DNA from: a bacterium
Lineage (GTDB): Bacteria; Hydrothermota; 32-111
DNA: 54,059 nucleotides
Direction: 5' to 3'
Assembly: GCA_050239825.1 (NCBI GenBank)
Contig: JBFXGO010000007.1
Coordinates: 11,598 to 65,656, forward strand
A program made the translations under genes and the position numbers. This document shows positions 9,965 to 18,774 of this stretch, in pieces. The first letter of the stretch is position 1; every line of letters begins with the position of its first letter. The notes beneath the pieces are model-generated. The model saw only the letters and a program-made list of their open reading frames with translations. It was not told the DNA's origin and did no database searches.

Positions 9965-9992
9965 ATTATATATATAAAACGGTTTTAGTCAA
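9965..9992 (-). promoter_or_regulatory. Putative near-leaderless promoter of glmM
   Basis: Minus strand TTGACT-16 nt-TATAAT ending 8 nt before the ATG; no Shine-Dalgarno. Confidence 0.55.
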
Positions 9993-10067
9993 TAAGATTA
10001 ATGAGAAAATCAGAAACATTAAAGCAATTATGATAAAACACAATCTAAATATTTGTAAAAGTGTAAT

Positions 10068-10757
10068 TTAACTTCTGAAAAATACAGATAATCCGAAATC
10101 AATTGAGTAAATAATAGATTCAAAACTTTTTTTATCCAATAAAGGTTTACTTTCTAAACCCACAGACAAATAAGGCATAAACCATGATTCTCCCATATTA
10201 TGCATTTCGTTTCCATAAAAAAGATTTATTTCAAATCTCTCTCCCGAACTTTGAGAACTAGTGGGCCAGCCAGAGTCAGTCCAATCAACAAATCCGGCTC
10301 TTGCTCTTACTGTCGGGTTAAAATTATAGTAGTTTGCAACTTGCGACTTGTAGATTTCCGATGAAAGATAAATCCCTCTTTCAGTATAAACTGCACCGAA
10401 AAAATAATATGCATCAAATACAATAGACATTGACGGATATGAATTGCTCTCTCTTATCAAGGACTTTGATATAAAAGCATCAGCATAACATAATCCGTAT
10501 GAAACTCCTGACACGAACCCGTTTCCCCATCCTACTCTCGATGTCAAAGTGAAAATTTTTGAGGCATTTGGTTCGTGTGAGTAACTGAAAAATTGATAAG
10601 ACCAGCTAACAGATTTACTTTTCGTAAATAATTCGGAATACCCTAAACTCGCTCCAACCTCATACTCACCCGGCTCCAATACCCTTGCAGAATGAAACAA
10701 TGTCACGCAGTTGGTGAAGAGAAGAACCAATCCAATAAATCCAATTATCCGCCTCAT
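10068..10757 (-). CDS. Hypothetical lipoprotein, family A copy 1
   Basis: Lipobox-like LLFTNC; first 31 aa identical to A2/A3; beta-strand-rich remainder. Confidence 0.8.
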   Translation of the reverse strand: MRRIIGFIGLVLLFTNCVTLFHSARVLEPGEYEVGASLGYSELFTKSKSVSWSYQFFSYSHEPNASKIFTLTSRVGWGNGFVSGVSYGLCYADAFISKSLIRESNSYPSMSIVFDAYYFFGAVYTERGIYLSSEIYKSQVANYYNFNPTVRARAGFVDWTDSGWPTSSQSSGERFEINLFYGNEMHNMGESWFMPYLSVGLESKPLLDKKSFESIIYSIDFGLSVFFRS

Positions 10758-10821
10758 GAAAAAATCATAGCACTTTTTTAAAAATATTCAATAGTAAATA
10801 CACAAAGATATTGACACTTTG
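10665..10821. repeat. Direct repeat R1 (family A 5' end plus divergent promoter)
   Basis: 157 bp identical to 14999-15155; 10665-10784 identical to 19357-19476. Confidence 0.95.
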
Positions 10822-10844
10822 GTTGAATGTAGTAAAATAATCGA
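10758..10844. promoter_or_regulatory. Back-to-back leaderless promoter module 1
   Basis: Minus: TTGAAT-16-TATGAT-6 nt-ATG(10757); plus: TTGACA(10811)-16-TAAAAT(10833)-6 nt-ATG(10845). Confidence 0.7.
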
Positions 10845-11795
10845 ATGGGGAAAAAAATTGTCTTGGAAATTTCATTGTTTATCTTTACATTCACTGCAAT
10901 TTTTCCTTATGAGGTAATAGGCATTGTCTCTGATTCTGTAAAGACCGAGATTCTTTTGAAGAAGGAGCGGTATAGCGAGCATATTTCACTCTTTCCATTT
11001 GGGGCTGATTCAGTGCGAATAGACGGAAGAATAGTCAGCTTTGATGATTCCATATCAGTTGACGATAGGGAGCTCGTAAGAAGCGTGGAATATTTCTCTC
11101 CCTGCATGAGCACAGATAGTATGCTTCTCTTCATGTCGCCCAGCAGCAAGAATATTCTTCTCTTTGACGAAGAGAGAAGGGGGTTATATACATTAAAGAC
11201 TACTGGCTTGGAAAAGTATGAAAGCTATTTCTCAGTTTCATCATTTCTTCTTCCGGCATTGACCTTTCTGCTTATTCCTGTCTTATACATTTTCGGAAAA
11301 GTGCGCGGAGCTGACAACAAAGACATAGAAGAAATATATACCAGCCAGATAGGTCCCACATTCTCCTTCTTTCTTGTTTCTCTCCTCTACTCCGCAGCGG
11401 AACTTGGATTTTACTATTTAATTAAGAACTCATTCAAAAAGAACACAGATAACGGCAACATCAAGAAATCATTTTTAGAAGGAATGTATGCGGCTAAGAG
11501 AGAAGTAAGATTAAATATCGTGACTGACTTTGCCATTTCATGCGGAGAATTCATTCCAATGGCAATAACTGTTCCGTTTATTGCCATATCTGTGGTGCAG
11601 GAAAAGTTTCGTGATAGGAATGACGCATCAATCGCGGCGGCATTGTGGATTCTCTTCTCGATTCTCCATTATGCAAAGAATGTAGCTTATCTGATGAAGG
11701 ACCCTGAGCATTTGATTCTGAAATCAGAGCTGGCAAGCGGAAGCAAAGACCTTTTTTATATGAGAGGATACATTGAAGGAATCAACCAAGAATAA
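10845..11795 (+). CDS. Hypothetical exported/membrane protein, family B copy 1
   Basis: Signal-like N-terminus, several hydrophobic helices; paralog of 16819-17757 (PYE.IGIV.D..KTEILLKK, FG.DSV.IDG, GS.D.F..RGYI.G). Confidence 0.8.
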   Translation: MGKKIVLEISLFIFTFTAIFPYEVIGIVSDSVKTEILLKKERYSEHISLFPFGADSVRIDGRIVSFDDSISVDDRELVRSVEYFSPCMSTDSMLLFMSPSSKNILLFDEERRGLYTLKTTGLEKYESYFSVSSFLLPALTFLLIPVLYIFGKVRGADNKDIEEIYTSQIGPTFSFFLVSLLYSAAELGFYYLIKNSFKKNTDNGNIKKSFLEGMYAAKREVRLNIVTDFAISCGEFIPMAITVPFIAISVVQEKFRDRNDASIAAALWILFSILHYAKNVAYLMKDPEHLILKSELASGSKDLFYMRGYIEGINQE

Positions 11796-12318
11796 GTTTA
11801 TTCTGATTCTGTTATCTGTCGCAGCGGGATTCCTGCTTGGGGGGGAGATAATCGATTTCAGAATTTCCGAAATTGACTCTCTGACTCTGGAGGAGAGAGT
11901 TTTGGTCGAGCGGAATAAGCTTGACGGCTATATTTCATCATTGGATTCTTTTGTTTCGACTTGGGCATACTCGGACTCATTAGATTTAAATCCTCTCTCA
12001 CGACTGCCTGTCGAAATAATTGCGATTCACCATGAAGCTGATTGTTCCTTCGCGGCAAGAAGATATGCACTTCTTGGAAAGATGAAGAAAAAATACGAGT
12101 TTTCTTTTGAAGAAAGAAGGAAAAAGAATGAAAGGATTGAATGGGTAAGGAATTCTGTAAGCGGGGCGTTAATTCTTCTTCAGACAGGATATACGCTTTA
12201 TAGGATGCTGGCTTATGAAGATGAAACCGGACCTGCATATCTTGGAGTGGCAGCTCTGCTTGATCTTTGCGTCCTGCTCATCCATTTGCAAACGAGTGAA
12301 ATTATTTACACAGAATGA
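11773..12318 (+). CDS. Hypothetical membrane protein, family C copy 1
   Basis: Paralog of 17735-18298 (GeIIDF, EERVL, PVEI..IH, LIL.QT.Y, DL..LL.H.Q); TTG start at the equivalent position in both copies after a GAGG-like RBS. Confidence 0.75.
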   Translation: MKESTKNKFILILLSVAAGFLLGGEIIDFRISEIDSLTLEERVLVERNKLDGYISSLDSFVSTWAYSDSLDLNPLSRLPVEIIAIHHEADCSFAARRYALLGKMKKKYEFSFEERRKKNERIEWVRNSVSGALILLQTGYTLYRMLAYEDETGPAYLGVAALLDLCVLLIHLQTSEIIYTE

Positions 12319-12782
12319 AAAGACTGATTTTACTTATTATCCTTTTGCCTTTGATTGCTACAGCGAATGAGCCGAGTCTAAAGGATTACTACAGAATGGG
12401 CTATGATGAAGGAATTGATTTTGCAAAAAGCAACAAAAGTATAAATGACAAATCTTTCTGTTCAAATGCCGGGTACTGCCTCTCCCTCTCATTTACTGAT
12501 GTGGTAATGGGGATTACCACATCTGCCGCATTTGTTATGTTGGCTCCTCTCGTTCTTTCAGATGAGGCAATATACGATGGTTGGGGCTTTTTCACGCAGA
12601 CAGCTTTTCAGCTTAGTTTTGAGATGTTTGTTATGCGGTGCGCCGGACTCATTTATGAAAGACTCAGAATAAAGGATGAGTTTGACATACTGAAGAAGAG
12701 AAAAGATTTCATCAATGACTCCTACAAGGCAGGATTCATTGACGGTGCGAAAAGCATTTACAATAAAAAGGTAAAATTTTAA
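12315..12782 (+). CDS. Hypothetical exported/membrane protein, family D copy 1
   Basis: Signal peptide; paralog of 18295-18759 (YR.GYDEG..FA, DE.DI.K...DF.N..YK.GF.DGAKSIYN.K..F). Confidence 0.8.
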   Translation: MKRLILLIILLPLIATANEPSLKDYYRMGYDEGIDFAKSNKSINDKSFCSNAGYCLSLSFTDVVMGITTSAAFVMLAPLVLSDEAIYDGWGFFTQTAFQLSFEMFVMRCAGLIYERLRIKDEFDILKKRKDFINDSYKAGFIDGAKSIYNKKVKF

Positions 12783-12827
12783 TTGCTGATGAACGGCAAA
12801 ATATCATGTTCAGTTAACGGAGAACAA

Positions 12828-13802
12828 ATGAAAAAAGAACGGAATATCTTTTCGGCCCTTTTTCTTCGCATTTATTTTTGTTGTCTCTGCTTGATTCTGT
12901 TTACTGCGGACTGCAGTTTCCTGAATCCGGATTCAAGGTATATATCAAAAGTTTCGGATGAAGGGATAATGGGTGTATTTGATACGATAGTAACCGATTC
13001 ACTCATATTCTGTGATTACCAAAGCTACATTCTGCAGTTGTATTCATGCAATAAAGAGACACCGCTGACTCTTGAAAGGGAAGTTGAAGGTGAAGGAGAT
13101 TTCAGCTCGATGACATATGACGGCAGGCATCTTGCGGCATTTGCGGAATCAACCATTATTATCTACAATCCCCTTTCTCTGGCACGGGTCTGCGAAGAAC
13201 ATGTGAATTTTGAGTATGGTTCCATCGAAATCAAAGACACCCTTCTTTATCTGATTCCCCTATATGATGACAACGGATATATATACATTTACACGGTTGA
13301 TTTTCTTCTTCAGGATATAACTTTGATTGATTCATTCCCGGAGTTTGATACGCACGATCTTTCCCGGGGAGAAGAAATTTGGTTTCTCTCAAAGTATGAC
13401 TCTCTCTACTTCTGCAGGGCGGATTCGGCGGGTTTCCTTGAGAAAATAGCCGGTGTACCGACTGAGTATTCCACTATTGGCATAAACTGCGACACTCTTT
13501 TCGTAGCGGTTTACACCGACAAGATAGTGAAGCTCTATCTCGAAAACAGAGAATTGAAAAGCGACACAATCGTTTTGGATCTTCAATCGATAGGCATGGA
13601 AGGGGAGTACATGAAATGTTTGTACTCCGAGGGCGGTTATTTTTACTGCATATTTGAGATTAACTACAACGGCAGACTCTTTGCTTATTCAAGAGCAGAG
13701 AAGAAGTTTGTCTCCTGGATTGAGGATCCCAGCGTCTGGAAGTGCGGAATCAATGATAATTTTATCTATGCCAATAATGGGATATATCTGAAGCCGCAAT
13801 AA
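12828..13802 (+). CDS. Hypothetical probable lipoprotein, beta-rich (propeller-like), family E copy 1
   Basis: GGAG RBS before ATG 12828; paralog of 15179-16120 (P.SRY..K.S, ITDSLIF, DG.HLAAF.E.T, C.YS.GGY). Confidence 0.75.
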   Translation: MKKERNIFSALFLRIYFCCLCLILFTADCSFLNPDSRYISKVSDEGIMGVFDTIVTDSLIFCDYQSYILQLYSCNKETPLTLEREVEGEGDFSSMTYDGRHLAAFAESTIIIYNPLSLARVCEEHVNFEYGSIEIKDTLLYLIPLYDDNGYIYIYTVDFLLQDITLIDSFPEFDTHDLSRGEEIWFLSKYDSLYFCRADSAGFLEKIAGVPTEYSTIGINCDTLFVAVYTDKIVKLYLENRELKSDTIVLDLQSIGMEGEYMKCLYSEGGYFYCIFEINYNGRLFAYSRAEKKFVSWIEDPSVWKCGINDNFIYANNGIYLKPQ

Positions 13803-13820
13803 TCAGAATATCTGGAAATC
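13800..13820. repeat. 21-bp E/F junction repeat, copy 1
   Basis: TAATCAGAATATCTGGAAATC identical at 16118-16138. Confidence 0.9.
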
Positions 13821-14405
13821 AAAGGCAATTCCCGAGTAAAAATAATCCATGTGCGAGTAAGTCACTTTTCTTATTAATCCGCTTTCAATCCTTATGGAGT
13901 GCATCATTCCTTCAATGGGTTTAAACGAAACTCCACAAAACAGCATTCCGGCATAGTTAAATTCTCCCGCGTATTCTGCCGCAGCTCCCGAGTAGAAGCT
14001 TATGCTTTTATCGAATTTTCGTCCGTAATAGAGAGTCGGTTTTATCAGCGAGGGCATAATTTCCTGTAGCATGAGGCTTCCCATTGAAATTTTGGCTGTG
14101 ACGATGTTATTATCTTTTTCAAAAATCAAAAACTTTGCGCCACCGCAGATCCTTTCAAAATCCATCTGACCGCTTAATTCTAATCTGTCTGTGATTCCTG
14201 CTCTTACCTGTATTCCTCCGAATGCGTTTTCATAATTGTCAAAACCCCTGTAGTAAAGTTCGTCGCTTCTCTCTATGTAATTGTGGTAACCGGAAACGGA
14301 TGCGACAACTGAATACTTCTCAAGGAGCTCTGCCTGCTCAAGCATCGGCAGGCAACCGGTAAATATTAACAGTGAAAAAAGAAGAAGGATTATAATTTTC
14401 ATCAT
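13803..14405 (-). CDS. Hypothetical lipoprotein, family F copy 1
   Basis: Lipobox IFTGC; ends DFQIF; paralog of 16121-16729 (GITDR.ELSGQ.D.ER, LQE..PS..KP.L.YGRK). Confidence 0.8.
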   Translation of the reverse strand: MMKIIILLLFSLLIFTGCLPMLEQAELLEKYSVVASVSGYHNYIERSDELYYRGFDNYENAFGGIQVRAGITDRLELSGQMDFERICGGAKFLIFEKDNNIVTAKISMGSLMLQEIMPSLIKPTLYYGRKFDKSISFYSGAAAEYAGEFNYAGMLFCGVSFKPIEGMMHSIRIESGLIRKVTYSHMDYFYSGIAFDFQIF

Positions 14406-15091
14406 CTTTGCGACCTTCTTGAAAGAGTGAAATCAAGATTAAGTTCAAAGGAGAGGGGACCCTCAGCCCATGATTGTTTCCCATACATGAATTCAACGGA
14501 TGCGGCCGCGATTATGAAGGATGTCTCAGTAACCTTCATTTCATTGCCGATTGTCAGACCCACTACGGGCAGATGCCCCGAATAGCTGTATCCAGACATT
14601 ATGTCTGCTGTGGACCACAGCTTGTAACCGCCCCTGATTCTCAGAAACGGATTGATATTGTCATTTCCCTCATATCTGCTCTTAAATAGGTCGAGAGAGG
14701 CGCCTGCCGCATACTCACCGTGAATAAGAACCCATGTTATGGAAAAATCAGTTGTAATTGCTACAGAAGGCAATTTGCCGCTCTCCGCTACTATCCTCTT
14801 GGTCACAAAGAAGTCAATGAAAGGAAGACCGAGGTAAGCGCCTGTATTGAGTCCGTCTCTCCAGCCGTTTCTAACAAATAACCCGATGGGCGGAGTTGAA
14901 GGCGCTCTGAACTCTATAAAATTTCTTTCATTTCCCAATATGTTTTCATAATCCTGAGTGCTCATTCCGGCAAGCGTAAATGATCCACCCGTCTCTGTCT
15001 CACCCGGCTCCAATACCCTTGCAGAATGAAACAATGTCACGCAGTTGGTGAAGAGAAGAACCAATCCAATAAATCCAATTATCCGCCTCAT
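14402..15091 (-). CDS. Hypothetical lipoprotein, family A copy 2
   Basis: Same N-terminus as A1/A3; stop overlaps F1 start (ATGA). Confidence 0.8.
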   Translation of the reverse strand: MRRIIGFIGLVLLFTNCVTLFHSARVLEPGETETGGSFTLAGMSTQDYENILGNERNFIEFRAPSTPPIGLFVRNGWRDGLNTGAYLGLPFIDFFVTKRIVAESGKLPSVAITTDFSITWVLIHGEYAAGASLDLFKSRYEGNDNINPFLRIRGGYKLWSTADIMSGYSYSGHLPVVGLTIGNEMKVTETSFIIAAASVEFMYGKQSWAEGPLSFELNLDFTLSRRSQR

Positions 15092-15155
15092 GAAAAAATC
15101 ATAGCACTTTTTTAAAAATATTCAATAGTAAATACACAAAGATATTGACACTTTG
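14978..15155. repeat. Direct repeat R2
   Basis: 14999-15155 identical to R1 (offset 4334); 14978-15118 identical to R3 (offset 4358). Confidence 0.95.
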
Positions 15156-15178
15156 TTTGAAATAGATATGATAATAAA
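15092..15178. promoter_or_regulatory. Back-to-back leaderless promoter module 2
   Basis: Minus side identical to module 1; plus: TTGACA(15145)-16-TATGAT(15167)-6 nt-ATG(15179). Confidence 0.7.
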
Positions 15179-16120
15179 ATGGGGAAAAAAAGCACATTCA
15201 TTCTGGTTTTTTTGTTAAGTTTAAGTGTACTAAATTCATGTTATTTTTTTGATCCCGAATCAAGGTACCTGCCTAAAATATCCGAAGACATCTGCATCGG
15301 CAATTTCAGCAGCTGCATTACCGATTCGCTTATTTTCAAAGCGAACAACTATTACATAGAAGTAAACAGATGCAGTGAAACAACTCCCGCGAGTCTTTTG
15401 AAAAGAATCGATACCGAAAGCGAAGTCACGGACATTGATTTTGACGGAAAACACCTTGCCGCTTTTCAGGAAACCACTCTTCTGGTTTATGACCCGATAA
15501 CCCTATCCGTTGCTGCAAGTGCAAATGTTTACGGATTTGAAGGGACTGTTGAAATTGATGACACTTTGCTTTACGCAACCGACAGATGGGATTTTTCGGA
15601 CAATATATCGGTATATTATATTGATTTTGAAAATCAGGAACTGATTCTGCGCGATTCGATTATGGAATCCGGTGTTCTGTCAATTGACAAGGGGAAGGAT
15701 TATTTTCTGATACAAAAAGAAGATACGGCAATTATATGCAGAGTAAATGATTTACACACACTAGAAAGAATCGGATGGTTCTTCAACAGTGATGCCGTCT
15801 TTTTCAGAAATGATACAGTCTTCGAAATCTTTAATGAAAATGTGCTGATTTTCCATTTGGATTCAGGTGTTTTAGAATGTGATACAATCTCTCTTGAAAA
15901 GATTTATGAGGATTTGGAATTGGACAGCTATGAGTGTATTTATTCGGACGGCGGATATTTGTATTTGGGTCTTGCAAATAACAATTCATCCCGCCTTTTC
16001 GTATATTCTATGGAGGAAAATAAAGTCCTCTCCTGGACAGAAGAAAATCTGATCTGGTACTGCGAAGGAAACAGTCATTTTATTTATACCGATATCGGAG
16101 TTTATCAAAAGCAAGAGTAA
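15179..16120 (+). CDS. Hypothetical lipoprotein, family E copy 2
   Basis: Lipobox-like VLNSC; paralog of E1. Confidence 0.8.
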   Translation: MGKKSTFILVFLLSLSVLNSCYFFDPESRYLPKISEDICIGNFSSCITDSLIFKANNYYIEVNRCSETTPASLLKRIDTESEVTDIDFDGKHLAAFQETTLLVYDPITLSVAASANVYGFEGTVEIDDTLLYATDRWDFSDNISVYYIDFENQELILRDSIMESGVLSIDKGKDYFLIQKEDTAIICRVNDLHTLERIGWFFNSDAVFFRNDTVFEIFNENVLIFHLDSGVLECDTISLEKIYEDLELDSYECIYSDGGYLYLGLANNNSSRLFVYSMEENKVLSWTEENLIWYCEGNSHFIYTDIGVYQKQE

Positions 16121-16138
16121 TCAGAATATCTGGAAATC
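16118..16138. repeat. 21-bp E/F junction repeat, copy 2
   Basis: Identical to 13800-13820. Confidence 0.9.
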
Positions 16139-16729
16139 TATCCCTATACCGGCATAGTAAAAATCATAATCAGAAAAGGTGATGCGTCTGACAAATCCGC
16201 ATTCAATTTTCAGACAGTGCAGCATATTTGAAAAGGGCTTGACAACTCCTCCGAAAAACAACATTCCACCGCAGTCGGTTGGGTTTCTGTATTCAAAAGC
16301 CGTTCCGCCGTATATGCTGAAATTATTGTTTATTTTTCTTCCGTAAAAAAGCGCCGGTTTCACGATAGATGGAAGCATCTCCTGAAGGATTAGAGTTCCC
16401 ACCGAAAGTTTTGCTGAAATAATGTTATTATGTCCTGAATAGAGGAGAAACTTTGCGCCTGCATAAGCTCTTTCCAAATCTGCCTGCCCGCTTAATTCAA
16501 TGCGGTCTGTCAAGCCGCCCCTCAGCTGAAATCCTCCCAATTCAAACGCATATCCGGCACCATAATCCTCGGGAGGGAAATAAAATGATTTATATGCGAG
16601 AAGGGAAGAGACAACGGAATTTTTTTCTATGAACCCTGCCTGCTCTATCATCGGAAGACAACCGGAAAACAGAATCATTCCGAACAATAATAACAGTCCC
16701 ATTTTAAAATGCTGAAATAACCGCCTCAT
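16121..16729 (-). CDS. Hypothetical lipoprotein, family F copy 2
   Basis: Lipobox LFSGC; ends DFQIF; paralog of F1. Confidence 0.8.
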   Translation of the reverse strand: MRRLFQHFKMGLLLLFGMILFSGCLPMIEQAGFIEKNSVVSSLLAYKSFYFPPEDYGAGYAFELGGFQLRGGLTDRIELSGQADLERAYAGAKFLLYSGHNNIISAKLSVGTLILQEMLPSIVKPALFYGRKINNNFSIYGGTAFEYRNPTDCGGMLFFGGVVKPFSNMLHCLKIECGFVRRITFSDYDFYYAGIGIDFQIF

Positions 16730-16818
16730 AGAATTAATTTTATCATTAAAAAAAGAAATATCAAGAGGTAATATGAAATGCGCATTGACTTAAATTGATA
16801 TTGCAGTAAACTTATCAA
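16730..16818. promoter_or_regulatory. Back-to-back leaderless promoter module 3 (diverged sequence, same geometry)
   Basis: Minus: TTGATA-16-TAAAAT-7 nt-ATG(16729); plus: TTGACT(16785)-16-TAAACT(16807)-6 nt-ATG(16819). Confidence 0.65.
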
Positions 16819-17757
16819 ATGGGAAAAAAGATAGTATTCATTATGGCTATTTCGACATTCATTTGCAATACACTAATGCCATATGAAATCATAGGAATAG
16901 TAGAAGATGCTTATAAAACCGAAATACTTCTTAAGAAATCCGCTTACAATGAGAAAGTTGTTTTTTCGTCTTTTGGATCCGACTCAGTCAAGATTGACGG
17001 TAAACTATCCGAAAATGCCGACTCTATTTGTCTTGACAGTTTATACCTTCTGCGTAAGGTAACTTTTTATTCTCCTCTCGCTATGATGAAAAATATTGTT
17101 GATTCACTTGAATTTCAAAACAGGGAAATCTTAATGTACGGAGAAGGTTACAAAGGGAGATACAAACTCGATAAGGGAATTCTGAAAAAAACTCAGAGCC
17201 TGTTTAATTATCCCTCCTTGACGCTTCCATGCCTCTCTCTTCTTCTGATAACTTGTCTTTACGCATATGGAGAGGCGACAGAAAATGATGACATTAAGGA
17301 TGATTTTCATGAGCAGATCCCGGCATCTTATGAATTCTTTAAATATTCTCTCATTTATTCTTTGGCTGAGATGGCGGCAATCAAATTGGTTTCATTGCCG
17401 TTTCAGGATAGAACCGATGGAAATGATCCGTTAGAGAGCTATCAGAAGGGATTCAGGATGGCTGGAAGCCAAAATCAGGAGCTTGAAGCAGCCAGAGTGC
17501 TTTCTACCGCTGCGCATTCAGCTGCTCTTTTTATTCCCACTCTTATTGTTGTTGCATCAATCAACAAAAATGCCGAACGCGTTAACATTGAAGGGGCAAC
17601 TGAGTCATGGATTCTTTTCACGCTGATTCATTTTATTACTAATCAGACATATTGGGGAAAAAACAGCGAACAACTTTTCATGATGACGTCTTTCATAACA
17701 GGAAGCAGAGATATGTTCTTTTTGAGGGGCTACATTGACGGTTGTTATGAGAAATAA
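16819..17757 (+). CDS. Hypothetical exported/membrane protein, family B copy 2
   Basis: Paralog of B1. Confidence 0.8.
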   Translation: MGKKIVFIMAISTFICNTLMPYEIIGIVEDAYKTEILLKKSAYNEKVVFSSFGSDSVKIDGKLSENADSICLDSLYLLRKVTFYSPLAMMKNIVDSLEFQNREILMYGEGYKGRYKLDKGILKKTQSLFNYPSLTLPCLSLLLITCLYAYGEATENDDIKDDFHEQIPASYEFFKYSLIYSLAEMAAIKLVSLPFQDRTDGNDPLESYQKGFRMAGSQNQELEAARVLSTAAHSAALFIPTLIVVASINKNAERVNIEGATESWILFTLIHFITNQTYWGKNSEQLFMMTSFITGSRDMFFLRGYIDGCYEK

Positions 17758-18298
17758 ACTTATCTTTCTGATTGTTGCTGCTTCGGCAGCTCTCGCCATG
17801 ACAGGAGATATCATTGATTTTACCTTGACTCCTCTTGTCTCCGGAGAAAGCGAGGAGAGAGTGCTTTTAGACAAAAGCGAAATAAAGTTGTATCTGAAAT
17901 CTCTCGACCTCTCTCTCTCTTCATCGACAATAGACAGCAAACCTGCAGTTGATTTTGACGAGAATGAATCTTCAATGTTGATTCCGGTTGAAATTGTTAC
18001 AATTCATTCTTCATGCGACTCCCTATTTATGAAAGAGCGAATAAAATTCCTGGAAGAAAATATGAGGGATTATTCGTTTTCAAGAGAGAATAGAATCAAG
18101 AAAAATATGGGCAGGGAGACAGCAAGAACTGCCGTTTTAAGCAGTGTTATTCTGATACAGACGCTCTACTATCCCATAATGATGCTTCTCGGTGAAGACA
18201 GGCCTGATTACTCAATGGGAATTGCAGTAGTTGCGGTAATAGACCTTATCCTGCTGTTGGTGCACTGGCAGGGAACACAGACAATATACGGCGAATGA
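17735..18298 (+). CDS. Hypothetical membrane protein, family C copy 2
   Basis: Paralog of C1; TTG 17735 or ATG 17747 start. Confidence 0.75.
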   Translation: MTVVMRNKLIFLIVAASAALAMTGDIIDFTLTPLVSGESEERVLLDKSEIKLYLKSLDLSLSSSTIDSKPAVDFDENESSMLIPVEIVTIHSSCDSLFMKERIKFLEENMRDYSFSRENRIKKNMGRETARTAVLSSVILIQTLYYPIMMLLGEDRPDYSMGIAVVAVIDLILLLVHWQGTQTIYGE

Positions 18299-18759
18299 AA
18301 AGAATCATATTAATTTTTATTATTATTCCTCTCTTTATCTTCCCGGATGAAACTTCTCTGTTGGACAGTTACAGGGAAGGCTATGATGAAGGAAGAATTT
18401 TCGCCGAAAAGAACACCCCCCATTTCAAAAGCTTTGGATGGAAAGACGGATGCGAGTGTATTCCTGTTCTGCTGACCGACGCTATTGCCGGTCCTCTTCT
18501 AGCCGCCGCCGTCGTCGTATTAACTGCAGCAGCAATGGGGAAATCAGATGATGATGCTATCTCCTTTATACCTGAGATGGCGGCGCTTCTGACCGCAGAG
18601 ATTTTTGTTATGAGGGGTATGAATTGTCTTTTCGGAAAAACAAGGGCAGTTGATGAATATGACATTATAAAAATGAAGAATGATTTTCCGAATGAAGCGT
18701 ATAAGGAAGGTTTCCTGGACGGAGCAAAGAGCATTTACAATAGAAAATTCAGGTTCTGA
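18295..18759 (+). CDS. Hypothetical exported/membrane protein, family D copy 2
   Basis: Paralog of D1. Confidence 0.8.
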   Translation: MKRIILIFIIIPLFIFPDETSLLDSYREGYDEGRIFAEKNTPHFKSFGWKDGCECIPVLLTDAIAGPLLAAAVVVLTAAAMGKSDDDAISFIPEMAALLTAEIFVMRGMNCLFGKTRAVDEYDIIKMKNDFPNEAYKEGFLDGAKSIYNRKFRF

Positions 18760-18774
18760 AATTTATCAGGTATT

